From: a bacterium
Lineage (GTDB): Bacteria; Vulcanimicrobiota; Xenobia; Xenobiales; Xenobiaceae
DNA length: 64,000 nt
Direction: 5' to 3'
Assembly (NCBI GenBank): GCA_030535355.1
Contig: JAUNIO010000011.1
Coordinates: forward strand, 399-64,398
The translations under genes and the position numbers were made by a program. Within the stretch, counting starts at the first letter, position 1; each line of letters begins with the position of its first letter. Below are positions 35,098 to 45,285 of this stretch, in pieces. A model generated the notes under the pieces. The model did no database searches. It saw only the letters and a list, made by a program, of their open reading frames with translations, and was not told where the DNA came from.

Positions 35098-37689
35098 TTA
35101 GAATTTGATCTTGAACTGAGAGGTGACCTGCCAACCGTACCAGGAGAACGGGTGAGCAGTGTAACCGGCATAGGTGTCGGTATCGCTGTGGGTGGTGGGA
35201 CCACCGAAGGTAGACATGTCGACGCCGTCCTTGGTATCGTAGTAGCGGAGGTCTAAGTTCCACTGAGTATTGGCGGTCATGTCATAATCGAAACCGATGT
35301 AAGGAACGACCTGGTTGACTTTGATGTTATCGAAGTCGTAGGTGTCAGTCACACGAGCATAGGTGTTGTACTGACCAGCGGGATCCCAGTGACCCTGAAC
35401 ATTAGCCCAATCCACACCAGCGCGGAGCGTCCACTTGTCGTTGGCTTCCCAGCCTAAACCGACGTGCAGCACGTTGTTGCTGAGGTCGACGAAGTTCTGG
35501 TTGGCACCGTTGTCAACCAACTCGCCTAAACCTTTGACGTTGCGTTTATACTTGTTACCCTCGTAACCGACATCGAGTTTCAAGCGGGGGTTCTCCCACT
35601 TGTAGCTGGCACCAATACCGAAGTTGTACTGTTTACCGCGGTTGTTAACGCCCTCGATGGGTTCGAAACCGACAAAGGAGTCCTCACTCTGAGCGCCATA
35701 GACGTTAGGAGAGGCATAGCCATAGAACACGGGGTCCATGAAGCCGGGTTTGAAGCCCATGATGTCTTCGCCGGTAGCGGCGGAGGTGTACATGGTATCA
35801 TAGAGGCTGGTCTTGGTCTGAGAGAGGATCTTCGCTTTAGCCCAGACTAAACCGCGACGCTCGGAGAAACGCCACTGACCGTTGAAGAGGAAACCTTTGC
35901 GGTTGTGAGCGAACTCGTCCACATCGTGCAAGGACCAGAGGTTGGAATACTGGTTCATGTGGATGAAGTCCGTGCGGTTCAAGGTGCCGTAACCGCTGAA
36001 GTAAGGATTCACGTTCACGAACGGGTCGTAGTTAGGATCGGTGCCGACATAACCGATGGCCAGGTCGAGGTCGCCGTCCAAGAGGTTGGTACCAACTTCG
36101 ATCTTATAGGCGTTACCGTTGGAAGTGTAGTTGCTATTCTTGTTAGATTTATACTGGGTGCGAGCATACTGACCGGCAGCGTAAATGGTGTTGCCGCTCT
36201 CGCCGATGTCCCACTTATAGTCAGCTTTCACAGAGAAACCGACCATCTGCTGAGGACCGAAAGTACCAATACCGATGTCACCGGCGTTACCAGCGTTGGT
36301 GATAGGACGATCATCGGTGCCGATGATAGTACCGTCGGAACCAACGGGAACGGTGGTATAGTTTTCGCTATACATCTCGGGGTTGACCCACTGCAAGGTG
36401 CCGTTCATGCCATCGAAAGCAGTACCGGCCATACCGGTGGTCATGCCATAAGCGTAGTTGTTAAAGCCATCGCTGCCGACCACGCCGCCGATTTCATAGA
36501 TGTCACCATTCTCGGATTCGTTGGCAACATGCATGAAGTTGACTTTAACCTGACCAGCGCCAAACTCTACACCGAGGTCAGCGGCGAGGAGGTTGGTCTG
36601 ATACTGGTTGACCCAGCCACCCTCATCACGGGAACCATCGCCTAAACGGGTGCCCATCAATTCCCAACGGAACACACCCCAGTCATACAGCTTGGTGGAA
36701 CCGTTCACATCGAAACCGAAGTTGTCGAGGTACTTGTTGCCATAAGCGCCGAAGTTGGGCTGACCAGCGTACAGAATGTTATCGACGTGATTCTCATTGT
36801 AAGCGCCGACGGTCAGTTTGGTGCCGGAAGGATTGTGCATGACCCAGAAGTTGTCGAGGACCATGCGGGTGTAAGGCTGGTTGGAAGAAGCGCTATAGTT
36901 GCTCGTGAAAGGAGAGCAGCTGTGAGGAGCGGAAACACCCCACATAGCGTCGACCATGCTGTCGCCTACGCTGGAATAAGCGGCGAACTCAGCGCCGGCA
37001 TCGACGTCATCGCTGACGCGGATGCGCACACCGAGGATAGCTTTCATGCTGAAGCCAGTACCATTGCTGAGGCCTACGCCACCGCGGGTCAGATCAGCCA
37101 CGGGCAGGACGCCGAAGCTGTTGGCGGGGGTCATCTGAGCAGCATGGAAGGTGCCGATGGTGTGCTCGTAATCGGTGTTGAAGCCGTGACCATTAACGTT
37201 AGGCTCATTGTCGGTCAGAGGGGTCTTACCGCCGCGGGTGAAGCACTGAGCGGCTAAGCGGGCTTCTAAGCTACCGTAGAAGGTGATGCGCTCTAACTCG
37301 GTCACGCGCTGATCGAGTTTAGAAACGTCGCCTTCGAGTTTGGTCACGCGCTGACCGAGGGCTTCCAGCTCATCTTTCAAGCTGTTGGCCAAGCGGTTAA
37401 TGGCCTCGAGGTCCTGTTTGGTGGCGAAATTGCTCTGACCGTCTTCGATCTGTTTGAGCAAGCGGGCGACAACCATAGCGAGTTCCCAACGAGTGGTGGC
37501 GCGGTTGCCTTTGAAAGTACCATCGGGATAACCTTCAACGATGTGCTTGGCAGCTAAGGTTTCCACGGCGTCTTTGGCCCAGTGATTGGCGGGCACGTCG
37601 GGGAAAGAAAGGGGAGCGGCAAAAGCCGGAGTCGCTAAACCGAGGGTAAATACGGCAGCAGCGACGGACGATTTGATACGCAAGTTCAT
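35098..37689 (-). CDS. S-layer-homology domain outer-membrane protein (OmpM/SomA-like)
   Basis: Start at MNLRIKSS (GGAGGA RBS); Sec signal; SLH 'FPDVPANHWA...GYPDGTFKG...TRWELA'; coiled-coil stalk; beta-rich body ending in Phe; strongly biased codons. Confidence 0.88.
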   Translation of the reverse strand: MNLRIKSSVAAAVFTLGLATPAFAAPLSFPDVPANHWAKDAVETLAAKHIVEGYPDGTFKGNRATTRWELAMVVARLLKQIEDGQSNFATKQDLEAINRLANSLKDELEALGQRVTKLEGDVSKLDQRVTELERITFYGSLEARLAAQCFTRGGKTPLTDNEPNVNGHGFNTDYEHTIGTFHAAQMTPANSFGVLPVADLTRGGVGLSNGTGFSMKAILGVRIRVSDDVDAGAEFAAYSSVGDSMVDAMWGVSAPHSCSPFTSNYSASSNQPYTRMVLDNFWVMHNPSGTKLTVGAYNENHVDNILYAGQPNFGAYGNKYLDNFGFDVNGSTKLYDWGVFRWELMGTRLGDGSRDEGGWVNQYQTNLLAADLGVEFGAGQVKVNFMHVANESENGDIYEIGGVVGSDGFNNYAYGMTTGMAGTAFDGMNGTLQWVNPEMYSENYTTVPVGSDGTIIGTDDRPITNAGNAGDIGIGTFGPQQMVGFSVKADYKWDIGESGNTIYAAGQYARTQYKSNKNSNYTSNGNAYKIEVGTNLLDGDLDLAIGYVGTDPNYDPFVNVNPYFSGYGTLNRTDFIHMNQYSNLWSLHDVDEFAHNRKGFLFNGQWRFSERRGLVWAKAKILSQTKTSLYDTMYTSAATGEDIMGFKPGFMDPVFYGYASPNVYGAQSEDSFVGFEPIEGVNNRGKQYNFGIGASYKWENPRLKLDVGYEGNKYKRNVKGLGELVDNGANQNFVDLSNNVLHVGLGWEANDKWTLRAGVDWANVQGHWDPAGQYNTYARVTDTYDFDNIKVNQVVPYIGFDYDMTANTQWNLDLRYYDTKDGVDMSTFGGPTTHSDTDTYAGYTAHPFSWYGWQVTSQFKIKF

Positions 37690-38056
37690 TGCGAATCCTC
37701 CTAAGATATTTTGGATATATATAAAAATGTAAATTAAATATCCAGAACCCCAGCCCTGCCAAGAAACCTGCATTTCAACTTGAGCCTATCCAAGTTTCCT
37801 CACGTCGTTAGGCAGGTGTTTTGACACTTGCTCGGTTCTGAACGGACATTTAGTTCAACGCATATTTTAGAATCCTTCTTTGCCTATCGAACAGTTAACA
37901 AAAATTAAGTTAAATTAATGTGAATACATTTATACGGTTTGGCAATATTTAAACGCTGCCCTAAAAGTCAAACCTGCTAGAAGTTATCTTGACGGTTAGG
38001 CAAGCAAGATCAGCACCGCCCAAATTAAACAGCCAACAAAAGGTTTTTCTTGGTCT

Positions 38057-38154
38057 CTTGAAGTAAAAGCTGAAGTAAAAGTAATCTTGAAGTAAGTAAG
38101 CTGAATTAAATTAAGTAAGCTGAAGCAAAAGTTGGCTGAAGTAAGTTTGAAGCA
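38057..38154 (+). repeat. Degenerate tandem array of YTGAA(G/T)(T/C)A units upstream of prfB
   Basis: Seven TGAA cores at about 38059, 38071, 38088, 38102, 38121, 38137 and 38148, interleaved with AAGTAA. Confidence 0.6.
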
Positions 38155-38202
38155 TACGAACTAAGATTTATTGATGATTTTATTGATGAAAGGCGATCCA
38201 CG

Positions 38203-39325
38203 ATGATAGCTAGTTACGCTGAACCCATTGCGGATGTGCGCGCCCGCGTAAACCGTATGCGCGACTATCTTTGACGTAGAATCTACCCAGCAAAAAGCCC
38301 AAGAGATTGAGGCCCAGCTCGGCACAAGCGAAATTTGGAACGATGCCAAACAGGCTCAGAAGCTCAACGCTGAACTCAGCGGATACAAAGCGATAATCGA
38401 CCAGTGGCACGACTTGCATAGCCGCTTAGAAGAGCTGGAGATGTTTGCTGAGATGGCCTCTCCCGATAACGCAGAAGAAACCGCAGAAGTTGAAAACGCT
38501 TACCGCGATCTGCTGCATGTTTTAGAAAAAGCGGAAACCGCCTCTTTAATGAACGGCGAATTCGACCAGTCCGCCGCCATTCTGACGGTACACGCTGGAG
38601 CCGGCGGCGTAGATGCCCAGGACTGGGCGCGCATGTTAACCCGCATGTATCTGCGCTGGGCTGAAAGAGAAGGTTTCAAAGCGGAAATGGTGGAGAACTC
38701 CCCCGCTGAAGAAGGCGGCATTCATTCCGCGGCCATGATTATCAGCGGCCGCTTTGCCTTCGGCTGGCTCAGCTCGGAGCGAGGCGTACACCGCCTGGTG
38801 CGCTTATCCCCCTTCGATGCCGCCCACCGCCGCCACACCTCTTTCGCCAAAGTCGATGTCGTCCCAGAACTGAGCGACGAAGTGGCCCTAGACATCCGTC
38901 CCGAAGACCTCAAAGTGGACACCTACCGCTCTCAGGGAGCCGGCGGGCAGCACGTCAACAAAACGGAATCAGCCATCCGCATTACTCATATCCCCACCGG
39001 AGTGGTAGTAGCCTGCCAAAATGAGCGCTCCCAGCACCAAAACCGCGAAGTAGCCATGCGCATGCTGCGCTCACGGCTCTACGCCATGCAAAGAGAGCAG
39101 CGGCAGAGTACGCTGGATAGCGTACGGGGCGAGAACAGAGAGGCCGCCTGGGCCAACCAAATCCGCAACTATGTCCTACAGCCCTATACGATGGTCAAAG
39201 ATCGGCGAACCTCCCAGGAGTGCACCAATGTGCAGGCTGTCTTAGACGGCGACGTCAGCCAATTCATGACCGCCTGGCTGGAAGAACGCGCCCGCCTGGG
39301 CTGCGAGCCGCAAAATATTAATTAA
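38203..39325 (+). CDS. prfB: Peptide chain release factor 2 with programmed +1 frameshift
   Basis: ORF1 MIASYAEPIADVRARVNRMRDYL ends at CTT-TGA-C (38269-38275); the +1 frame (DVESTQQKAQE...) runs into the 38414 ORF with 'RLSPFD' and 'GAGGQHVN'. Confidence 0.96.
38266..38275 (+). other. RF2 +1 ribosomal frameshift site TATCTTTGAC
   Basis: Canonical CTT TGA C at codons 23/24 of prfB. Confidence 0.93.
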
Positions 39326-39341
39326 AAATATCCTGTTCTAG

Positions 39342-39378
39342 TTAAACAGGCCCGGCGCTTTGCGCTGGGCCTGTTTAA
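39342..39378. terminator. Hairpin between convergent prfB and secA
   Basis: TTAAACAGGCCCGGCGC-TTT-GCGCTGGGCCTGTTTAA. Confidence 0.8.
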
Positions 39379-39385
39379 TTAGAGC

Positions 39386-41998
39386 TTATCTCTCTTCAGG
39401 ATAATGGCACTTCTTCCACTTCTTGCCACTGCCGCACCAGCAGGGATCGTTGCGCCCCAATTTAGGCGCAGTGCGTTTTACGGTCAGCCCTTTCCCGCTC
39501 TCGTCGCGGTTGGTACCTTTCACGCGCCCTGAAGCTTCCTTTTGCAGGTTAGCCCCACTCTGTTCCACCTGTTCAGCGCTGCGCACCTGCACACGATACA
39601 GATAGCGCACGGTTTCCTCGCAAATTCGCGCTTTCAGACCTTCAAACTCGTCAAAAGCCTCGCGGATAAATTCGACTTGCGGGTCCTTCTGGCCATAGCC
39701 GCGCAGGCCAATGCCTTCACGCAGCATGTCGATATTGCCCAAATGCTCGATCCATTTTTCGTCGAGAACTTTCAGAAGGGCATACTTTTCCAATTCGCGC
39801 ATTAAAGCCGGAGTTAAGCGCTCTTCTTTTTCTTCATAGACCTTAGTCGTCCAGCCCAGCACCGTATCGATGACCTCTTGGCCGACTTTACCCTTAATAT
39901 CCTCGATCTTAGCATCTTCGGGAAGCACAAACTGCTCGTTGAGGGCCGCCCACAGACCGTCAATATCCCACTCGCTGGGATCGACTTCGTGGTGAATATA
40001 CTGATCGACCAGCTTATTGACGATGTCTTCTACGAAGGCCAGTACCTGCTTGCGCAAATCCTCGCCCTTCAGAATGCGATCGCGCTCCTCGTAGATAACG
40101 CGGCGCTGCTCGTTCATCGCGTCATCGTATTTGAGCACGTTTTTGCGGATATCGAAGTGATGCCCTTCTACTTTGCGCTGAGCGTTTTCAATGCCTTTGG
40201 TGATCAGCGGATTGTCGATAACTTCATCTTCGACACCCAGTTTTTCCATCCAATTCTGAATGCGCTCGGATCCGAACAGGCGCATAAGTTCATCGTCCAA
40301 ACCCACATAGAAGCGGGAAGCTCCGGGGTCACCCTGGCGTCCGGCACGTCCGCGCAGCTGATTGTCGATACGCCTGGATTCGTGGCGTTCCGTACCCAAA
40401 ATATAAAGCCCGCCCGCGTCTTTTACGGCCTTTTCTTCTTCGGGAGTGGCAGGATCGCCGCCCAATTTAATGTCCACACCGCGCCCAGCCATGTTGGTCG
40501 CGATGGTAACCGCCCCTAAACGTCCAGCCTGCGCTATAATATGCGCTTCGCGTTCGTGGTATTTGGCGTTCAGAACTTCGTGTTTGATGCCCAGCTGGCG
40601 CAGCATCCCGGACAAAACTTCTGATTTTTCAATGGAACGCGTACCCACCAAAATAGGCTGGCCTTTGGCGTGGCGCTCTTTAATGTCCTCGATAACCGCC
40701 TTGAACTTGATTTTTTCATTCTTGTAAACCTGATCTGACAGGTCTTTGCGGGCTACGGGCACGTTGGTGGGAATGATTACCACGTCGAGATTATAAATCT
40801 CCCGGAACTCGCGCTCTTCAGTAGCTGCTGTACCGGTCATGCCCGCCAGTTTGGAATAAAGCTTGAAGTAATTTTGGAAGGTAATAGACGCCAAAGTTTG
40901 GTCTTCCTGACGCACCTTCACGTTTTCTTTGGCCTCAATGGCCTGGTGCAAACCGTCAGAATAACGGCGCCCGAACATCAGACGCCCGGTGAACTCATCG
41001 ACGATGACGATTTCTCCATTTTTAACGACATACTCAATATCGTTGCGGTAACATTCTTTAGCCCGCAAGGCGTTGTTCATCAGATGCGCAGCTTCCATAT
41101 TTTCCTGATCGTACAGGTTGGTTATATGCAGCATCTGCTCAACTTTGGCCACGCCTTCTTCGGTCAAAGGAGCGCTCTTGGCCTTTTCGTCAACTGTGTA
41201 GTGCAAATCTTTTTTAAGGTTCCTGGCTACCTCGGCAAAGCGGGAATACATAGTAGTGGAGCCACTGCCACGCCCGGATATAATTAGCGGGGTGCGGGCT
41301 TCGTCGATTAAAATGGAGTCGACCTCGTCAACGATAGCAAAATTGCGCTCTCTCTGCACACGCTGATCGATATCCAGCACCATATTGTCGCGCAGGTAGT
41401 CGAAACCAAACTCATTGTTAGTGCCATAGGTAATATCGGCTTCATAAGCGCTGCGGCGGGGTATATGCAGCAAATGATTGATGCTTTCGTCGTCAAGTTC
41501 CACATCGGGATCGTACATATAGGCCGTGTCGTGGTTAATAATGCCCACGCTCAGACCCAGAAAATGATAAATAGGTGCCATCCAGCGTCCGTCGCGCTTG
41601 GCCAAATAATCGTTGACGGTCACCACGTGCACGCCCTTCCCGGCCAAAGCGTTTAGATACACCGCCGAAGTCGCTACCAGGGTTTTACCTTCACCGGTTT
41701 TCATCTCCGCGATGCGCCCCTGGTGCAGCACTACGCCACCGATCATCTGCACATCGTAATGACGCAGCTTCAGGGTGCGTTTGGAAGCCTCGCGCACCAC
41801 GGCAAAAGCTTCGGGCAGGATTTGATCCAGAGTTTCACCATCTTGCAGGCGTTTGCGGAATTCGTCGGTTTTAGCCCGCAAGTCTTTGTCGGACAGTCTT
41901 TCAAATTCGGGTTCGTAACTATTAATTTTAGTAACGATCTTGCGTATTTTGCGGACTTCACGTTCATTCGAATCGAAAAGGGACATTAGGAAACTCAT
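39386..41998 (-). CDS. secA: Preprotein translocase subunit SecA
   Basis: '[10 protein letters not shown]', '[20 protein letters not shown]', 'ATNMAGRG', '[13 protein letters not shown]', SEC-C '[18 protein letters not shown]'. Confidence 0.98.
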   Translation of the reverse strand: MSFLMSLFDSNEREVRKIRKIVTKINSYEPEFERLSDKDLRAKTDEFRKRLQDGETLDQILPEAFAVVREASKRTLKLRHYDVQMIGGVVLHQGRIAEMKTGEGKTLVATSAVYLNALAGKGVHVVTVNDYLAKRDGRWMAPIYHFLGLSVGIINHDTAYMYDPDVELDDESINHLLHIPRRSAYEADITYGTNNEFGFDYLRDNMVLDIDQRVQRERNFAIVDEVDSILIDEARTPLIISGRGSGSTTMYSRFAEVARNLKKDLHYTVDEKAKSAPLTEEGVAKVEQMLHITNLYDQENMEAAHLMNNALRAKECYRNDIEYVVKNGEIVIVDEFTGRLMFGRRYSDGLHQAIEAKENVKVRQEDQTLASITFQNYFKLYSKLAGMTGTAATEEREFREIYNLDVVIIPTNVPVARKDLSDQVYKNEKIKFKAVIEDIKERHAKGQPILVGTRSIEKSEVLSGMLRQLGIKHEVLNAKYHEREAHIIAQAGRLGAVTIATNMAGRGVDIKLGGDPATPEEEKAVKDAGGLYILGTERHESRRIDNQLRGRAGRQGDPGASRFYVGLDDELMRLFGSERIQNWMEKLGVEDEVIDNPLITKGIENAQRKVEGHHFDIRKNVLKYDDAMNEQRRVIYEERDRILKGEDLRKQVLAFVEDIVNKLVDQYIHHEVDPSEWDIDGLWAALNEQFVLPEDAKIEDIKGKVGQEVIDTVLGWTTKVYEEKEERLTPALMRELEKYALLKVLDEKWIEHLGNIDMLREGIGLRGYGQKDPQVEFIREAFDEFEGLKARICEETVRYLYRVQVRSAEQVEQSGANLQKEASGRVKGTNRDESGKGLTVKRTAPKLGRNDPCWCGSGKKWKKCHYPEER

Positions 41999-42188
41999 TG
42001 AACCAGCTGCTCCAAAATGATGATAAGCGATATTGAAATAATAAATAATACTATTCTCGAAATTGTATTTTATCTCTAATAGTAAATCTAGTCAACCAGA
42101 CAGCACTGGCCGGGATTAACAAATATTATTTGCGCACAAGAACTTTCAATGTTAAAATATAAAAATACACATAATTTGGAGCAACAAT

Positions 42189-43673
42189 ATGGACAGCAAT
42201 CAACCTAAGGATTCCGCCGAGATGAACCGACGCCGCGCCCTAGGCATGATAGGCAGCGGCTTGCTCGGCCTCATCGCCCTGCAGACTGCCGGGTGCCAAG
42301 AAAAAACGGGAACAGCGGGCAGCACTCCAGCTCCCTCTATTAACCCATCAGTAAACGCTCCGCAGGCTGCGGCCAGCGTCAGCCCTGAGCAGCTGACCTA
42401 CCGCACCGACCCCCGTACCGGCAAAAAAATCTCTATGCTGGGTTTCGGCTGTATGCGCTTTCCCACCCTGCCCGATCCTAATAATCCCGATAATAAAATC
42501 ATCGACGAGGAAAACGCCTACAAGCTCGTAGATTACGCCTGGTCACACGGCATAAATTATTACGATACCGCCCACTTTTATCACAACAGCACTTCGGAGA
42601 TCATGATCGGCAAAGCCCTGTCGCGCTATCCGCGCAGCAGTTTTTTCCTAGCCGATAAAATGCCCACTCCGCTGATAACGTCTTTAGACTACGCCAAAGA
42701 AATTTTCGAAGGGCAGCTCAAAAAATGCCAGGTCGATTATTTTGATTACTATCTGCTGCACAATCTCAGCGATCTCGAAGTTACCAAACGCGTATATGTA
42801 GAGTACGGCGTGCTCGACTATCTTCTTGAACAGAAGAAACAGGGACGCATCCGCAGTTTGGGCTGGTCCTTCCACGGCAATAAAGAGCTGTTCACTTATG
42901 CGCTGAACGATCTAGCTAAAGATTGGGATTTCGTGCAGATTCAGATGAACTACCACGACTGGCTCTATGGCGATGCCGCCAGAGGCAAAGAACTGATTCC
43001 CGCCAAATGGATGTACGATCAGCTGGCCGAGCGCAATATACCCGTGGTCATTATGGAGCCGCTGCTGGGAGGGCGCTTAGCCCGCCTCAACCAGCAGGCT
43101 GTAGAAATTCTCAAAGCCGCCGATCCAGAAGCCACTCCCGCCTCCTGGGCCTTCCGCTTTTTTGCCAATTATCCCCATGTGCTCACCGTGCTCAGCGGCA
43201 TGACCTACATGGAGCATCTACAGGAGAATCTGCGCACTTTCTCTCCTCTAAAACCCTTCAGCGAAGCGGAACAAATCACCTTGGAAAAAGCTCTGCAAGC
43301 CTTCCGCTCGACATGGTCCATCCCCTGCACGGAATGCAATTACTGCATGCCCTGCCCCTACGGAGTCAACATTCCCGGCGTATTTAACCACTACAATAAA
43401 TGCGTAGCCCAGAACCGTCTGCCCAGCAATGCTCAGGACCCCGAATACCGAAAATATCGCCGGGAATTTCTCATCGATTACAATCGCTCATTAAATCCCC
43501 TGCAGCAGGCGGACCGCTGCATTGCCTGCGGAAAATGCCTTCCCGCCTGTCCCCAAAAGATTCCTATACCCGCCGAAATGCAAAAAATTTACCAGCTCAG
43601 CGAATCGCTGCGTTCGCCTAAGACTCAGCATCCCCGCCCCGGCAACCGCCCTGGCAACCGCATCGGCAACTAA
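42189..43673 (+). CDS. Aldo/keto reductase with C-terminal 4Fe-4S dicluster and Tat/lipoprotein-like signal
   Basis: 'NRRRALG...TAGC'; 'LGFGCMRFP', 'GINYYDTA', 'IMEPLLGG', 'VLSGM'; 'CTECNYCMPCP', 'CIACGKCLPACP'. Confidence 0.9.
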   Translation: MDSNQPKDSAEMNRRRALGMIGSGLLGLIALQTAGCQEKTGTAGSTPAPSINPSVNAPQAAASVSPEQLTYRTDPRTGKKISMLGFGCMRFPTLPDPNNPDNKIIDEENAYKLVDYAWSHGINYYDTAHFYHNSTSEIMIGKALSRYPRSSFFLADKMPTPLITSLDYAKEIFEGQLKKCQVDYFDYYLLHNLSDLEVTKRVYVEYGVLDYLLEQKKQGRIRSLGWSFHGNKELFTYALNDLAKDWDFVQIQMNYHDWLYGDAARGKELIPAKWMYDQLAERNIPVVIMEPLLGGRLARLNQQAVEILKAADPEATPASWAFRFFANYPHVLTVLSGMTYMEHLQENLRTFSPLKPFSEAEQITLEKALQAFRSTWSIPCTECNYCMPCPYGVNIPGVFNHYNKCVAQNRLPSNAQDPEYRKYRREFLIDYNRSLNPLQQADRCIACGKCLPACPQKIPIPAEMQKIYQLSESLRSPKTQHPRPGNRPGNRIGN

Positions 43674-43684
43674 GGAGAACGTCT

Positions 43685-44506
43685 ATGAAAAACTATCGCT
43701 ACATACGCATTGCCTTAGCGCTGCTGAGTTTCGCGGCCATCAACTGCGCCTTTATCGACATCAGCGGCTGGGGCATGCGCCATTGCGGCTGGCTGGCGCA
43801 GTGGCAGCTGGTACCTGCCGTGCTCTCCCTGAATTTTTTCGCTTTGGCGGCCATACTTTTGATCACCTATCTGGGCGGGCGCCATTACTGCTCATATATC
43901 TGCCCGCTGGGTATCTTCCAAGATATAATGGCCCGCTGTGGGCACCGTACCCCCAAAAAGCAACCCTATTCCCCTGCTCCTGAGTACCGCAAACTGCGGT
44001 TAATTACTCTGATAGTATTCATAGCTTTAGCAGTCTGCGGGTTCCTAAACATAGCCTGTCTTCTCGATCCCTACGGCATGTATGGGCGCATAGCGGCAGA
44101 GATATTCTCTCCGCTCTACAGTCAGGGCAACAACTGGCTGGCCTACCAGGCTGCCAGTCAGGACAGCTACGCCTTTGCCAGCGTCCCCCTGCGGCCCCAC
44201 AGCCTCATCGTTTTAACCGTAGCGGTTCTCAGCCTGATCGGCATAACCGCCACGGCTTGGCTCCAAGGCCGCCTATACTGCAATGCCGTCTGCCCGGTAG
44301 GAACATTTTTAGGGCTGATCAGTTCTCATTCGCTCTGCCGAGTGCGCCTCAATGAAGAAAAATGCGTTTCCTGCAAGATGTGCGAACGCGTCTGCAAAAG
44401 CGGCTGCATTGACATCAGCGCCAAAACCATAGATAACAGCCGCTGCGTAGTCTGCGGCCGCTGCTGGCAAACCTGCAAAGTAGAGGGTATCAGATATGGC
44501 AAATAA
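43685..44506 (+). CDS. NapH/polyferredoxin-like membrane 4Fe-4S protein
   Basis: TM helices; 'YCSYICPLG', 'YCNAVCPVG'; two CxxCxxCxxxC motifs. Confidence 0.88.
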   Translation: MKNYRYIRIALALLSFAAINCAFIDISGWGMRHCGWLAQWQLVPAVLSLNFFALAAILLITYLGGRHYCSYICPLGIFQDIMARCGHRTPKKQPYSPAPEYRKLRLITLIVFIALAVCGFLNIACLLDPYGMYGRIAAEIFSPLYSQGNNWLAYQAASQDSYAFASVPLRPHSLIVLTVAVLSLIGITATAWLQGRLYCNAVCPVGTFLGLISSHSLCRVRLNEEKCVSCKMCERVCKSGCIDISAKTIDNSRCVVCGRCWQTCKVEGIRYGK

Positions 44507-45146
44507 CGGTAACGGCAAAATAACCCGCCGCGCCTTTCTCAGCGGTTTAGCAGTTTTGGGCACAGCCAGTGCGGCTCAGGCGCAAAAAAAGTTTAAAAAA
44601 TATATAGCCCCGCCGGCCAAGTATAAAGCGCCCTATCCCCGCCAGGAATATATCACGCCCCCAGGTTCGCAGAGCCATGCGCATTTCCAGCGTCTGTGCA
44701 CGGGCTGTCAGCTCTGCGTAAGCGCCTGTCCCAATCAGGTTCTGACCAGTTCCGCCTCTTCGGAGTTTCGGTTTGCGCAGCCAGTGCTGACCTATGAACG
44801 CGGTTTTTGCCGCCCCGGCTGCACTCGCTGCTCGCATGTCTGCCCTACAGGAGCCATTAAGCCTATCGACAAAGAGACCAAAAGTTCTCTGCAGATCGGA
44901 CGGGCTGTCTTCAACCTGCAGGCCTGCGTAACAGTCAAAGATGGAGTGCACTGCGGTTTGTGCTCGCGGCGCTGCCCGGCCGGGGCCATAACCATGGTTA
45001 ACTCCGAATACCAAGGCCGGCAGGTACGCGTTCCCGCTGTCAACGAAGCCCGCTGTATCGGTTGCGGTGCCTGCGAGCATTACTGCCCAGCCACCCCACA
45101 AAGCGCCATCCACGTGGAAGGAATTCAAGTTCATAAGACCATATAA
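44496..45146 (+). CDS. NapG/MauM-like multi-4Fe-4S ferredoxin
   Basis: Tat-like 'TRRAFL'; 'PPGS', 'CTGCQLCVSACP', 'CIGCGACEHYCP'. Confidence 0.88.
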   Translation: MANNGNGKITRRAFLSGLAVLGTASAAQAQKKFKKYIAPPAKYKAPYPRQEYITPPGSQSHAHFQRLCTGCQLCVSACPNQVLTSSASSEFRFAQPVLTYERGFCRPGCTRCSHVCPTGAIKPIDKETKSSLQIGRAVFNLQACVTVKDGVHCGLCSRRCPAGAITMVNSEYQGRQVRVPAVNEARCIGCGACEHYCPATPQSAIHVEGIQVHKTI

Positions 45147-45285
45147 TAGAGCAAACGTCTTTGAACGGCATTTAATAATATCCGGCTGCACAATCTATCT
45201 GACACCGCCTTTTAGCAGCCTGCAGAATATCGCAGGTTAAAAAAAGTGGCGCACGCTAGGCGCTGCAGCCTATATTTGTCATATT

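Noticed and set aside
38057-38154. Possible CRISPR array or iteron set
   Set aside because: Units are very short, degenerate and irregularly spaced; no spacers and no cas or rep genes.
38414-39325. prfB as a truncated gene or pseudogene
   Set aside because: The break is the canonical CTT-TGA-C programmed frameshift, and the full gene starts at 38203.
43636-43670. 12-bp tandem repeat encoding PGNRPGNRIGN at the AKR C-terminus
   Set aside because: Simple slippage in a disordered tail; no sign of function.
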